From positions 2,784,001 through 2,848,000 of the forward strand of contig OZ241875.1 in NCBI GenBank assembly GCA_965203325.1: a stretch of DNA of 64,000 bases, given 5' to 3'. The translations under genes and the position numbers were made by a program. This document shows, piece after piece, positions 20,092 to 30,277 of this stretch. The notes beneath the pieces are model-generated. The model worked only from the letters and a program-made list of their open reading frames with translations. It was not told the DNA's origin and did no database searches. The number at the start of each line of letters is the position of its first letter. Positions within the stretch are counted from its first letter, which is position 1. Source of the DNA: a bacterium (lineage in GTDB: Bacteria; UBA8248).

Positions 20092-20411
20092 CCTTCCATA
20101 GCGAAGAAAAAAGACTCAACCCGGAAATATTTGATGGTTCCCTCATCTGGTGGTTGCATGTGCCAACATCTCGGCAAAATTACCTGCAAGCGGTATTGGA
20201 AGGTTATGACGATTTAGGGTACTACCAAACTTTTCATGCTTGCGCCGAGAAAAACGAACACGGCGAACCCATGTCTCTGGCACGGCTGACCTCAACCGTT
20301 GACGATGAAGTCGAGACAAAGACGCTTCTTGAGGCACTCTCTCGTGAAATCAATCTTAAAATCCTGGATTGTGCGCCTCCAATCAAACCCTCAGAACAAC
20401 CAAGAGTATAA
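20088..20411 (+). CDS. Small conserved hypothetical protein (DUF4911-like)
   Basis: YLQAVLEGYDDLG pattern; operon position. Confidence 0.5.
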   Translation: MTFHSEEKRLNPEIFDGSLIWWLHVPTSRQNYLQAVLEGYDDLGYYQTFHACAEKNEHGEPMSLARLTSTVDDEVETKTLLEALSREINLKILDCAPPIKPSEQPRV

Positions 20412-20421
20412 AGGCATCTCG

Positions 20422-21249
20422 GTGACGCGTTGTTTTCTTGCGCGGTTATTTCTGGCTCTTTTATTGGTTTTAGGATTTTGGACTCACTCTTCTGCGCTTG
20501 ATCGCCTGAAACTCGCTACTACGACGAGTACGGAGAATTCCGGTTTGCTCAAGCAATTACATCCGGTATTCGAGAAAAGATATGGCGTTTCCGTGCACAC
20601 CATATCTGTAGGTACGGGCAAGGCATTGCGCTTGGGGCAAAATGGCGATGTGGACGTTGTACTCGTCCATGCAAAGAAAGCGGAAGATTTGTTCATGGCC
20701 AAGGGATACGGTGCTCACAGAAGAGGCGTCATGTATAACGATTTCGTGATCGTGGGCCCGGCATGGGACCCTGCCGGGGTTTTCAAGACATTCGATGTGT
20801 CCACAGCATTGCTTCAAATTAAAAATTCGAGAAGCCTTTGGTTCAGCAGGGGTGATGATTCCGGCACACACAAGAAAGAGTTGGAACTTTGGAAAGGTGC
20901 TGGCGTTGGCATGTTTGGTTCCTGGTATCGTGCTTTGGGTCAAGGAATGGGCAGGACGCTGATGGCGGCAGATGAGAAAAGCGGATACACGCTTACAGAC
21001 AGGGGCACGTATATCGCTCTCGTTGCGAACGGAAAGATTTCTCTCAAGATTCAAGGTCCCAGAGGAGAACGTTTGCACAATCCCTATAGCGTGATTGCCG
21101 TGAACCCAAAGCGCCATCCGCATGTAAAATTTGATTTGGCATTGAAATATATCGGTTTTCTTACATCGGGAGAAAGTCAAGGCATCATTCGTGATTTTCG
21201 GCTCTTGGGAAAACAGCTATTTTATCCAAACGCGAAAAACCCCCGTTGA
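20422..21249 (+). CDS. tupA: Tungstate ABC transporter substrate-binding protein
   Basis: ATTTSTENSGLL (TTTS motif), SRGDDSGTH, GQGMG, NPYSVI; signal peptide. Confidence 0.9.
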   Translation: MTRCFLARLFLALLLVLGFWTHSSALDRLKLATTTSTENSGLLKQLHPVFEKRYGVSVHTISVGTGKALRLGQNGDVDVVLVHAKKAEDLFMAKGYGAHRRGVMYNDFVIVGPAWDPAGVFKTFDVSTALLQIKNSRSLWFSRGDDSGTHKKELELWKGAGVGMFGSWYRALGQGMGRTLMAADEKSGYTLTDRGTYIALVANGKISLKIQGPRGERLHNPYSVIAVNPKRHPHVKFDLALKYIGFLTSGESQGIIRDFRLLGKQLFYPNAKNPR

Positions 21250-21270
21250 TAGGATTGGAGGAGGAGCGTT

Positions 21271-21957
21271 TTGGAATACTTGCTTGATGGATTTGCCGAT
21301 GGATTGATGCGCGTGCTTCGGGCGGATCCTCAAGTCATGCTCGCCGCCTGGGTGACCATTAAGGTGGGTTTCTGGGCTACGATTCTGGCGTCTCTTATCG
21401 GTTTGCCTGTTGGGTTTTTGCTGGCTGTGGGCCGCTTTAGAGGGCGCGGGTTCGCTATCACACTGCTCCAGACTTCTTTGGGCTTGCCTACTGTCGTTAT
21501 CGGGTTGCTCTCATATGGTTTTCTCTCCAGGCGAGGTCCTTTGGGATTCGCCGACTTGTTGTTTACGCCCTCGGCCATTGTCGTTGGATTGGTAGTTCTA
21601 GCGGTTCCACTCGTAGCGGTATTCTCCATGACGTCTGTGGCATCCGTTGATGAAAGGGTACGGGAAACTGCTCTTACATTGGGTGCGCCGAACAGGCTTG
21701 TGGCATGGACGGTGCTTCGCGAAGCCCGCTTTGGAATGATGGCCGCAGTGTTGGCGGCGTTTGGCCGTGTATCCTCGGAAGTGGGAATCGCCATGATGCT
21801 CGGAGGGAATATAGAAGGATATACACGGACCTTGACCACAGCCATTGCGCTTGAAAGCATGAAAGGTGAATTCGGTTTCGGGATCGCGCTGGGCGTTGTG
21901 CTTTTGGGAATTATTTTCGTGACGAATTTGCTTTCTCGCTACATTCAAAGGTCATGA
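21271..21957 (+). CDS. tupB: Tungstate ABC transporter permease
   Basis: GLPTVVIGL, SRRGPLG, GGNIEGYTRTLTTAI. Confidence 0.9.
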   Translation: MEYLLDGFADGLMRVLRADPQVMLAAWVTIKVGFWATILASLIGLPVGFLLAVGRFRGRGFAITLLQTSLGLPTVVIGLLSYGFLSRRGPLGFADLLFTPSAIVVGLVVLAVPLVAVFSMTSVASVDERVRETALTLGAPNRLVAWTVLREARFGMMAAVLAAFGRVSSEVGIAMMLGGNIEGYTRTLTTAIALESMKGEFGFGIALGVVLLGIIFVTNLLSRYIQRS

Positions 21958-21958
21958 G

Positions 21959-22603
21959 ATGGAAGTGTTCTTTCTGGAAAACGTAAAATTTCGTTTTGAG
22001 ACCGATTTGGTCCTGGACATCGAGAGGATGACGGTCTCGTCCGGCGAGGTGGTGCTGCTCACTGGCGCGAATGGTTCCGGGAAAACAACACTCTTGCGCG
22101 TGATGGCGGGTTTGCTTACGCCTGAAGATGGTGTGATCCAATATAAGAGCGAACCCGTCATTTTCGGCAAAACAGGACTTGAACACAGGAGAAGGGTCAC
22201 ACTCCTTGCCCAGGAGCCATATCTTTTTCGGGGAAACGTGTTGCTGAATGTTTCTTATGGACCTCGTGCACGCGGGATGAGCAATTCGCAAGCGAATAAA
22301 ATAGCTCAAGAAGCCATTCTCAAAACGAGATGCGAAGGTTTGATTCACCGGGACGCTGCAAAACTCTCTGGGGGGGAGAAAAAGCGCGTAGCCCTCGCCA
22401 GGGCGTTGGCGGCGGGAGCGGAAACCCTTCTCTTGGATGAGCCCATCTCTCATCTGGATGAGGAAAACAGCAAACTGATTGCCGAAATAATCAAAGAGTT
22501 GGCTGCCTCTGGAATCACTTTGGTCGTGAGTACTCACATACCGGAATGGGCAAGTGCTCTTTCGGTGAAGGATGTGCGGCTTGCTTATGGCAGGATAGTC
22601 TAA
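21959..22603 (+). CDS. tupC: Tungstate ABC transporter ATPase
   Basis: GANGSGKT, LSGGE, LLLDEP; follows tupAB. Confidence 0.87.
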   Translation: MEVFFLENVKFRFETDLVLDIERMTVSSGEVVLLTGANGSGKTTLLRVMAGLLTPEDGVIQYKSEPVIFGKTGLEHRRRVTLLAQEPYLFRGNVLLNVSYGPRARGMSNSQANKIAQEAILKTRCEGLIHRDAAKLSGGEKKRVALARALAAGAETLLLDEPISHLDEENSKLIAEIIKELAASGITLVVSTHIPEWASALSVKDVRLAYGRIV

Positions 22604-22604
22604 C

Positions 22605-23357
22605 TCAGGGCAATCCAGTTTCATCGGCATGGTGCGAATCCCCGAACAGATCGGCCTCGAGTGGACCTCCGCGCCAAACGGGGTGCTGCCTGACATAATA
22701 ATCTACCAATCCCGCCTCAAACACTTTTGGTTGCGTGTAATCGGTAGCTTGTCTTTGGGAGCGGTGGCATGCGTGCGCTTTTCGTCTCGCGTGCGGAAAG
22801 TTTCTCCCATCAACAATGGTCGTGTAGTCATCCCGATAAACGAGGTCGGAGCGATTATATATTTCGCGCCTTTTCGCTGGCGATATTCGGTGGTACAGGC
22901 GTTTGGGAGCATCTCCCGGATTTTTCCTCACAAGCCGATGGAAAGCTTTTGTGGTCCAGCCACCGACGGCGATGTGGTCTGGGTGTCCCGTAACGCCGTC
23001 CTCTCCATAAGTCACGACCACGTCGGGAGAAAAGTTTCGGATAAATTCTTCGAGCCGAGGAAGAATTTCCGAATCTTCAATTGATTTCAATCCGCCATCC
23101 GGGTAGTTCCAGAGCGTCATATCTTTCACGCCCAGCACACGGCAGGCGTCTTTGAGTTCCGCATGCCGAACATCGCCCAACTCATCCGGTCTGCATACAC
23201 CGTTCGTGAGGCCTGCTTCTCCTCGGGTCAGGGTAAGGAGGCCCATTCGCACGCCCTGGTTTGCGTAGAGTGTGAACGTGGCCGGGTTTCCGAAGGATTC
23301 ATCATCCGGATGTGCGTAAACGTGGAGAATGGAACGCTGAGAGGTAGATTTATTCAT
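22605..23357 (-). CDS. PIG-L/LmbE family deacetylase (MshB/Mca/BshB-like)
   Basis: AHPDDE, TRGEAG, GHPDH, HRSQ; start adjusted. Confidence 0.88.
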   Translation of the reverse strand: MNKSTSQRSILHVYAHPDDESFGNPATFTLYANQGVRMGLLTLTRGEAGLTNGVCRPDELGDVRHAELKDACRVLGVKDMTLWNYPDGGLKSIEDSEILPRLEEFIRNFSPDVVVTYGEDGVTGHPDHIAVGGWTTKAFHRLVRKNPGDAPKRLYHRISPAKRREIYNRSDLVYRDDYTTIVDGRNFPHARRKAHACHRSQRQATDYTQPKVFEAGLVDYYVRQHPVWRGGPLEADLFGDSHHADETGLP

Positions 23358-23736
23358 AACGAAGAAATGAGTTAGGAAGCCTCCAAAGAAACAAGACTTG
23401 CATATTACCATTTCAAATCCATGGTTCAAGAATTGCGTCCTTCGTTTTTCTTTTTGTGATTTGAATTGTGACGTTTCTGATCGCAACATTTTCTCTTCTT
23501 CTTGGATGTCCTCATGCGCAAAACTTCAGATTGCGCTCGCAACTCATGGAATCAAATTTGATCGAGCGACAAAAAGGTTTTTTCAAGAAATCCGTCCTCT
23601 TGCCCTGTATCCATCTTTGGTTTATATGAAACCTATGCCCAAGAGACCCTAAAATTTGTTATTATCAAGCCAATAACCAAGTTCGATGCCGATCAATGAT
23701 TCGGAAAGCCCTGTTCCATTACAAGGAGTCGGTACT

Positions 23737-24894
23737 GTGGAGTTAGCTATTTCAAGGGATACGTTGCTCAGAGCCCTGCAGACGATACAAGGTGTCGTCG
23801 AAAACAGAAGCAGCGCAATGCCAATACTACAAAATGTGCTTGTCGAGACCGAAGGTGATCAGAATATCCGTTTGTTGGGTACGAATCTTGATATCAGCAT
23901 GCGGGGTATGTTTGAGGCTGAAGTAGAAAAAGCGGGGAAAGTTACGCTCAATGCAAGGAAATTGTTCGACATTGTCCGAGAACTGCCTGAAGCGAAAGTT
24001 CGTTTCACGGAGGAAGACGGACAGTGGATTGAAATGCGCTGCGAGCGCTCGAAATTTCGTTTTCCGGGATTGCCGCCTGCAGAATTTCCCGCACTTCCAG
24101 AATCGAAAGAATCAGACGCACATACAATATCTGCTTCGGTTTTATCTGAAATGATTCGAAAAACGATGTTTGCGATATCGCAGGACGAGACGCGCTATAC
24201 TTACAATGGCGTTTTCATGGAAACCGAAGCCGACACCCTGCGCCTTGTCGCTACGGATGGCCATCGATTGGCGATGATCGAGCGACCGAGCGAAGGGTTG
24301 GTGCTTAATGAAGGAGTGATTGTCCACAAAAAAGCTTTGGGAGAACTCGTAAAGCTCTTGCAAGGCGTCGAGGGTGACGTATCCGTTGCTCTCACCCACG
24401 TCTCGAGCGGTCAGGGCTTGTCTCTTTCGGGAGATGAAGCTTCTGTCTCCCTCACTCCAAACCACATTATTTTTCAAATGGGGAATATTGCCTTATCGGC
24501 TCGGCTGATAGACGGTGAATTTCCAAAATACAGGCAAGTGATTCCAGATAATAATGAGCACTCCATTTTGATGAACCGGGAAAGTTTAACGCAAGCACTC
24601 AGGCGGGTTTCCCTTTTTACCAACGAAACGCGCATGGTGAAGTTCGCGTTTTCCCCGGGCCAGTTGAAGTTGACGACGAACGGTTCAGAGGTGGGGGAAG
24701 CTGAGGAAATCATAGAATCGAACGCGCAGACTGACATTACGATTGGATTTAACTCAAGGTATTGTCTGGATGCGCTCTCCATATTGGACGAAGAACAAGT
24801 TAGCATGGAGTTAAAGGATTCGCTGAGTCCCGGGGTACTCTCTCCCAAAGACTCGGACGGTTATACATATGTTGTAATGCCGATGCGTGTCTAA
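23737..24894 (+). CDS. dnaN: DNA polymerase III beta clamp
   Basis: MPILQNV, DETRY, VATDGHRL, RLIDGEFPKY, GFNSRY, VVMPMR; GTG start after AAGGAG. Confidence 0.95.
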   Translation: MELAISRDTLLRALQTIQGVVENRSSAMPILQNVLVETEGDQNIRLLGTNLDISMRGMFEAEVEKAGKVTLNARKLFDIVRELPEAKVRFTEEDGQWIEMRCERSKFRFPGLPPAEFPALPESKESDAHTISASVLSEMIRKTMFAISQDETRYTYNGVFMETEADTLRLVATDGHRLAMIERPSEGLVLNEGVIVHKKALGELVKLLQGVEGDVSVALTHVSSGQGLSLSGDEASVSLTPNHIIFQMGNIALSARLIDGEFPKYRQVIPDNNEHSILMNRESLTQALRRVSLFTNETRMVKFAFSPGQLKLTTNGSEVGEAEEIIESNAQTDITIGFNSRYCLDALSILDEEQVSMELKDSLSPGVLSPKDSDGYTYVVMPMRV

Positions 24895-24975
24895 GCATCT
24901 TTTCGATTTGCGTAAAGGTTCCATTATGTGTAGCTAATTTCCCAAAATGGAAATGTTTTGGAATCGTCGTTTCTG

Positions 24976-25008
24976 AGGCGCCTCTTTGGTGGGGCGCCTG
25001 TATTTTTT
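24976..25008 (+). terminator. Probable intrinsic terminator after dnaN
   Basis: AGGCGCCTC-loop-GGGGCGCCT hairpin followed by a T-rich tract. Confidence 0.6.
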
Positions 25009-25027
25009 CTGTCGTGGATTCGGCTAG

Positions 25028-26263
25028 ATGAAGTTTTATTTTTCAGAGAAGACGAGTGAGAATTCAAGCCGCTATTATGGCTGGGTGATAGTGGGCCTCA
25101 CCTTTTTCACCATGGCTGTCGGTGGCTCCATCGTCGGTACTTTTCCTGTTTTCTACGTGGCTTTTCTCAATGAATTTGGGTGGTCTCGAGCAGACACCGC
25201 TCTGGCGTTTTCTTTTTCAATGGCCACGTTTGCGATTTCGGCCGGCTTTATAGGGGCAATGGTGGACCGATGGGGCCCGAGAGTGATCATCCCTACGGGC
25301 ATCACGATTCTATGCATCGGCCTTGCATTGATGTCACAGGTTTCCAGTTTACCCACCTTGTATTTTTTCTATGGAGGCGTTGTGGCACTAGGCATTACCA
25401 TGTTCGGGTTCATTCCTACGAGCACTGTTGTGAGTCAATGGTTTGTGCAACGCCGCTCTGTGGCGATGGGGATATCGTTATCGGGAAGGAGTTGTGGCGG
25501 TATCCTCATGGTTCCGTTTTCCGCCTACCTCATCGCGACTTTCGGGTGGCGTGCGGCGTATGTTTTGTTGGCGATTGGCATCATCGTCTTGTTGGTTCCC
25601 TTGAATCTGTTTTTACATCGTAGCCGCGTCGACATGACGGAAAGAAAAACAGGGGATGACCTCGGACCGAGTTGGACCTTGAAAGAGGCCCTGTCTGATT
25701 CGGTCTTTTGGTTGTTGTTTCTGGCAGGGATATTTAATGGCGTTGGTTTCAGCGTTGTTGGCGTGCACCAGGCGGCCCACATGGTTGATGTGGGAATGAG
25801 CACCATGAAAGCCGCTTCTTTGATAGGGGGTCTGGCTGTAGTCAGAGCCTTGGGAGGCATTTTGGGCGGATGGGTGGGGGATAGAATCGGGCGAACCCGA
25901 ACCTTTTATCTACTTAGCTTGGTTGCCATGTCGGGCGTTTTTTTGCTGATGAATCTATCTGAACGCCTTGCTTGGCTGGGATACGCTTATGTTCTGGTGT
26001 ATGGCATTGGCGCCGGTGCTCGAGGTGCAATTTTCGTATCGCTAAAGGCGGATATTTTCGCCGGCAAGAGTTTTGGCCGAATCCTGGGTTTTAGTCAAAC
26101 GGGAGGAGGATTGGCCTCAGCCGTCGGGCCTTGGATTGCGGGATATATTTTTGACTTATGGGAAAGCTATTACTGGGCGTTTATTCTCGTGTTGGCGGTT
26201 CAGGTTTTTTCGCTTATTGCAGTGGCGGCGGCGTCTTCTCAAGCAAAGAAAAGGAAAGGGTGA
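25028..26263 (+). CDS. MFS transporter
   Basis: 12 hydrophobic segments, GAMVDRWGPR and GWVGDRIGR motifs. Confidence 0.9.
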   Translation: MKFYFSEKTSENSSRYYGWVIVGLTFFTMAVGGSIVGTFPVFYVAFLNEFGWSRADTALAFSFSMATFAISAGFIGAMVDRWGPRVIIPTGITILCIGLALMSQVSSLPTLYFFYGGVVALGITMFGFIPTSTVVSQWFVQRRSVAMGISLSGRSCGGILMVPFSAYLIATFGWRAAYVLLAIGIIVLLVPLNLFLHRSRVDMTERKTGDDLGPSWTLKEALSDSVFWLLFLAGIFNGVGFSVVGVHQAAHMVDVGMSTMKAASLIGGLAVVRALGGILGGWVGDRIGRTRTFYLLSLVAMSGVFLLMNLSERLAWLGYAYVLVYGIGAGARGAIFVSLKADIFAGKSFGRILGFSQTGGGLASAVGPWIAGYIFDLWESYYWAFILVLAVQVFSLIAVAAASSQAKKRKG

Positions 26264-26278
26264 TTTTCCTGACTGTAT

Positions 26279-26851
26279 TCAGGAAGCTGCTTTTTCTTTT
26301 TCTGCAATCATCGATTCGATGAAGGAAATCATACTTTCAGGTGATGTTTGTTCAATATTCAATGTGCTGTGATATAGAGTTGAATCGGCGAAATCGACAT
26401 TGAAGAAATATTGGGAAAACAAACCCTGATCCCGGTCTGACCTCTTGATGGTTTCCTCCGCCGCAGTTCTCGTTACGCCTGACGATTCCATGAAGTGTCG
26501 GATGCGGGCTTCCAGGCTGCCGACGATCCGAAGATGCAGGGCATCGGTTCGATCCTTGAGGAGTATCTGACCACCCCACCCGCCGATAACCACGTTCCCT
26601 TTGTCTGCCGCTTCGTTCATGCTTTCAGATAAAACGCTTCGTAAGCTGTCTCGTCCGACGCCAAAGGTGCGTTCCAGGATTGTTGGAGCACGGCCTTCTA
26701 TTTTCTCTAAATCCAGGGTCAAGCCTCGTTGTTTACAAATTTCGACGAGTTCGTCACGTCCCATAAACGCATAACCTAATTCGTTCGCGAGCTTGTGCGC
26801 AATGAAAATTCCACCGGTCCCGTATTGACGTGAAATGGTGATGACGGCCAT
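26279..26851 (-). CDS. Cytidylate kinase-like family protein
   Basis: ITISRQYGTGG, VVIGGWG. Confidence 0.82.
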   Translation of the reverse strand: MAVITISRQYGTGGIFIAHKLANELGYAFMGRDELVEICKQRGLTLDLEKIEGRAPTILERTFGVGRDSLRSVLSESMNEAADKGNVVIGGWGGQILLKDRTDALHLRIVGSLEARIRHFMESSGVTRTAAEETIKRSDRDQGLFSQYFFNVDFADSTLYHSTLNIEQTSPESMISFIESMIAEKEKAAS

Positions 26852-26982
26852 GTGAAATCTCCTATTTTATGAACTCTATTTTAATAATACTTGTTCCACC
26901 AATCTTATCAAAATTAATCATATCGCACGACCTTGATGAACAGCGCGTTTTTTGACCTCACTTGGTGAGATGGAGGTGAAAG

Positions 26983-27624
26983 ATGTCTTCGGGTATTCTG
27001 TAGCCGAGAGTTTCGGAGCAACCGGCACCGATGATCACCGATGGAGAGATAGGTTTCGTGAAAATTCCACCCGACGAACTTCTTGAATGCCTTGGTGTGC
27101 ATACTCCGCTGTATACCGCGGATGAAAAAGGAATTTTCGCTGTCCTGAATGATCAGGAAAAGGGCCATTTTTTCGCAGTGGATCGCGAAAGCGGCAATTT
27201 CCGCTGGCGAGTGGAGAACACGGCGGGTTGGGTGATAGCGCCTCCTCTCATCTGGGGAGATTTATACATCGTGGGTACAAGCAGCGCGGAAATGAGAAGA
27301 GAAGAAAAAGGAGAGCCGTTTGCGACGGTGGACTGGAAGCGTGGAGGTTCCGTTTATGTTTTCGGCGCAAGCGATGGCGCTGTGCGGTTTTGGGATGAAA
27401 AAACTGGCGTGGTAAGAGATAGCCCCAGAGTAGAGGATGCCGTCTTGATCGTGGAGGGAGAAATTCGGGTAGGTGGTTTTCGGGACGAAGAGCCGTGGTC
27501 TTCATCGTGCGAGGTGGAAAGTCGTTTCTCTTTAATATCAAAACGCTTGATCGCCCGACGTGTGCGAGGAGATGTTCCTTCCGGATATTTTGAGGGAGAA
27601 GCGCCGCCAACCGAATGGGTGTGA
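26983..27624 (+). pseudogene. PQQ-like beta-propeller repeat protein with early in-frame TAG (or an intact CDS from 27031)
   Basis: AVDRESGNFRW and VFGASDGAVRFW repeats; strong-RBS ATG at 26983 is in frame, TAG at 27001-27003. Confidence 0.45.
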
Positions 27625-27629
27625 GGCTC

Positions 27630-28508
27630 TCACCTTCTTTTTCTTAATTCCTTGGCCATTAGCGTCGCGTTTTGCGGAACCAGGTTTGAGCGAAACCAAT
27701 TCCGGTATTCTTCCATGTGAACGCTCGGAACCGTTTTTGCGAGAGTTCGATGTTTTTTCAGGGCTGCGGCGGTGCGCGAGCGCAATTTCGTCATATAGCC
27801 CCTGAATTCATCCCATACCTTTGAGGCGGGCTGAGTGGGAATGGGTCCATGACCGGGGATGAGGAACTTGGCGGGAAATTTCTTTAGTTTCGGGATCGCA
27901 TCTATCCAGTTGCCGAAATTCCCCAGTCTCGCCACGGGGTGGGTTCGATAATCGAGCAGGTCTCCCGTGAAGAGAATTTTCTCCTCCGGCATCCACACAA
28001 CGGTATCTCCCTTTGTATGACAGTGACCAATGTGGGCCATCTCGAATAATCGCCCGCCGTAGCGGATGGAAATTTCGCCTTCGAACGTCACCATGGGCGG
28101 TGCGACGTGAAGCTTGTCAATCAGGTGCTCCACTTTTTGCGGCCTTCCCGCCATTTGCTTCACCCAGATGCCCTCGTTCTCCTCTCGTTCCATCTCCAAA
28201 CGCACGTTTTGCTCACCGACGGAAACGGCCCCTCGCTTGTGGTAGTAACCGTTATCGGAGGTGTGGTCGAAATTGTGGTGGGTATTGAGCACTAGACCAG
28301 GCGATTTTCGGATGATTTCTTTCATTCCGGACACAAAAGCCTTTCGTATACGAATGTCGTTATCAACGATGACGGGTTTTTCGTTCGTAAGAACGAGGCC
28401 GAAATTCGTGCCTCCGTCTCCTCCAATGAAAATATGCACACCCTCTGCAATTTCGACGAACCCTTGGGTTTTTGCCGGACCTGGCAATGCCTTTACACTA
28501 CGTGCCAT
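27630..28508 (-). CDS. MBL-fold metallo-hydrolase
   Basis: THHNFDH, HTKGD, FTGD, IPGHG. Confidence 0.88.
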   Translation of the reverse strand: MARSVKALPGPAKTQGFVEIAEGVHIFIGGDGGTNFGLVLTNEKPVIVDNDIRIRKAFVSGMKEIIRKSPGLVLNTHHNFDHTSDNGYYHKRGAVSVGEQNVRLEMEREENEGIWVKQMAGRPQKVEHLIDKLHVAPPMVTFEGEISIRYGGRLFEMAHIGHCHTKGDTVVWMPEEKILFTGDLLDYRTHPVARLGNFGNWIDAIPKLKKFPAKFLIPGHGPIPTQPASKVWDEFRGYMTKLRSRTAAALKKHRTLAKTVPSVHMEEYRNWFRSNLVPQNATLMAKELRKRR

Positions 28509-28630
28509 TGGTTTCTCCTTGCGGGGGCAGCGATGATGACGATATCGTTATGGAAATCTAAGCCAAGGTAGCAGAGTGCTTTTGAAGCAACAATATCGAG
28601 AATAAAATTTTCATAAATGAGACTCCTGAT

Positions 28631-29836
28631 ATGAATCCTTATTCTGCATTCATAGGACTTGAGTGTTCAAAAACCGGAGAACAATTCGAACCCGGCGGCC
28701 TGATGAATCTAAGCCCCTGCGGTGCTCCGTTGCTGGCGCAATATGACACCGAAGCCGCAGCGCTGACTTTGGACATCAAGAATATGGTGGGTCGCGCTCA
28801 TTCCATGTGGCGTTACCATGAAATGCTCCCGGCTCCCGATGAGGATGCCATCGTTACGCTCGGCGAAGGCATGACACCCTTGTTGAGGGCGCGTAGTTTT
28901 GAAAAAGTTTTGGGGCTTTCCTGCCTGTTCGTGAAAGATGAGGGTTTGAATCCGACGGGAAGTTTCAAGTCCAGGGGATTGTCCGTTGCGATCACGATGG
29001 CGCGGCATCTGGGCGCGAAAAAAATCGCCATACCAACGGCCGGCAACGCTGGCGGCGCGGCGGCAGCTTACGCTTCACGAGCGGGAATCGAAGCGTCTGT
29101 GTTTGTCCCCCAGGAAGCGCCGAGTGTGCATAAAGTAGAATGTGCGTTGGCGGGGGCCGATGTGACCGTTGTTCGTGGCTATATACATCATTGCGCTGAA
29201 ATCGTGGCGCAAAGAACACCGGCGGAAGGTTGGTTCGAATTGTCAACGTTCAAGGAGCCCTATCGAGCCGAAGGTAAAAAAACCATGGCTTATGAACTCG
29301 TCGAACAATTCGGCGGCGATGTCCCCGATGTGATTCTTTACCCCACAGGCGGCGGGACGGGATTGGTGGCGATGTGGCGCGCCTTTGGCGAACTCGAGGC
29401 GTTGGGCTGGATTGGCGAAAAAAGACCTCGCATGATTTGCGTTCAAGCCGAGGGCTGCGCACCGATCGTGCGGGCATATGAGAACGGCGATGAAGTTTCG
29501 TCCCTGTGGGATAATCCGACGACGGTGGTATCCGGCTTGCGCGCGCCGAAGGTGCTAGCGGATTTTCTGTGCCTTCGGACCATACGAGAAAGTGGAGGCA
29601 CGGCGATTGCTGTTTCGGATGAAATGATGTTCGAGGCGCAAAGAAAAGTGGGTGCTTCCGAGGGGATTCTTATCTGTCCGGAAGGCGGGGCATGTATTGC
29701 GGCCTTGGAAGTTTTGGTTGAGCAAGGTGACATCGGACGCGATGAACGTATCGTGACGTTTAATACAGCCACAGGCTTAAAATATGCAGATATGGTAGAA
29801 ACGGAGGTCTCTGTTATCGACCCGCTTTCAGCGTAG
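28631..29836 (+). CDS. thrC: Threonine synthase-like PLP enzyme
   Basis: LGEGMTPL, NPTGSFKSRG, TAGNAG, EGKKT, TGLKY. Confidence 0.82.
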   Translation: MNPYSAFIGLECSKTGEQFEPGGLMNLSPCGAPLLAQYDTEAAALTLDIKNMVGRAHSMWRYHEMLPAPDEDAIVTLGEGMTPLLRARSFEKVLGLSCLFVKDEGLNPTGSFKSRGLSVAITMARHLGAKKIAIPTAGNAGGAAAAYASRAGIEASVFVPQEAPSVHKVECALAGADVTVVRGYIHHCAEIVAQRTPAEGWFELSTFKEPYRAEGKKTMAYELVEQFGGDVPDVILYPTGGGTGLVAMWRAFGELEALGWIGEKRPRMICVQAEGCAPIVRAYENGDEVSSLWDNPTTVVSGLRAPKVLADFLCLRTIRESGGTAIAVSDEMMFEAQRKVGASEGILICPEGGACIAALEVLVEQGDIGRDERIVTFNTATGLKYADMVETEVSVIDPLSA

Positions 29837-29848
29837 GATGAACGGCAA

Positions 29849-30277
29849 ATGATTGAGATAACAAGGCGAGAGGAATTCTCCGCGGCGCACCGGTTGTTTC
29901 GTTCCGATTGGAGCGATGAGCGGAATGAGGCCATGTATGGAAAATGCGCGAATCCGCACTATCATGGCCACAATTATGTTTTTGAAGTAACCCTGCGATG
30001 CCGTGTAAACCCAGAAACGGGGATGGCGTATAATCTGGCCGATTTGAAAGAGCTCATGAGGCGGGAAGTCGTAGAAGCGCTCGATCACAAGAATTTGAAC
30101 GAAGATGCTGCGGATTTCATGAAAAACAGGATCCCCACGGCGGAGAACATAGCGATTTCGATTTGGGAGTGTTTGGCGGAATATATAGATACAGAAATTC
30201 TTTTTCGCGTTCGCTTGTATGAAAACGAGAGAAATTTCGTGGATTATTATGGAGAAAACCCCGATGGCGTTCGGTGA
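29849..30277 (+). CDS. 6-pyruvoyl-tetrahydropterin synthase/QueD family (C-x5-HGH type)
   Basis: FSAAHRL, KCANPHYHGHNY, LDHKNLN, PTAEN. Confidence 0.88.
   Translation: MIEITRREEFSAAHRLFRSDWSDERNEAMYGKCANPHYHGHNYVFEVTLRCRVNPETGMAYNLADLKELMRREVVEALDHKNLNEDAADFMKNRIPTAENIAISIWECLAEYIDTEILFRVRLYENERNFVDYYGENPDGVR

Noticed and set aside
23360..23736. oriC near dnaN
   Set aside because: No cluster of DnaA boxes seen and no dnaA.
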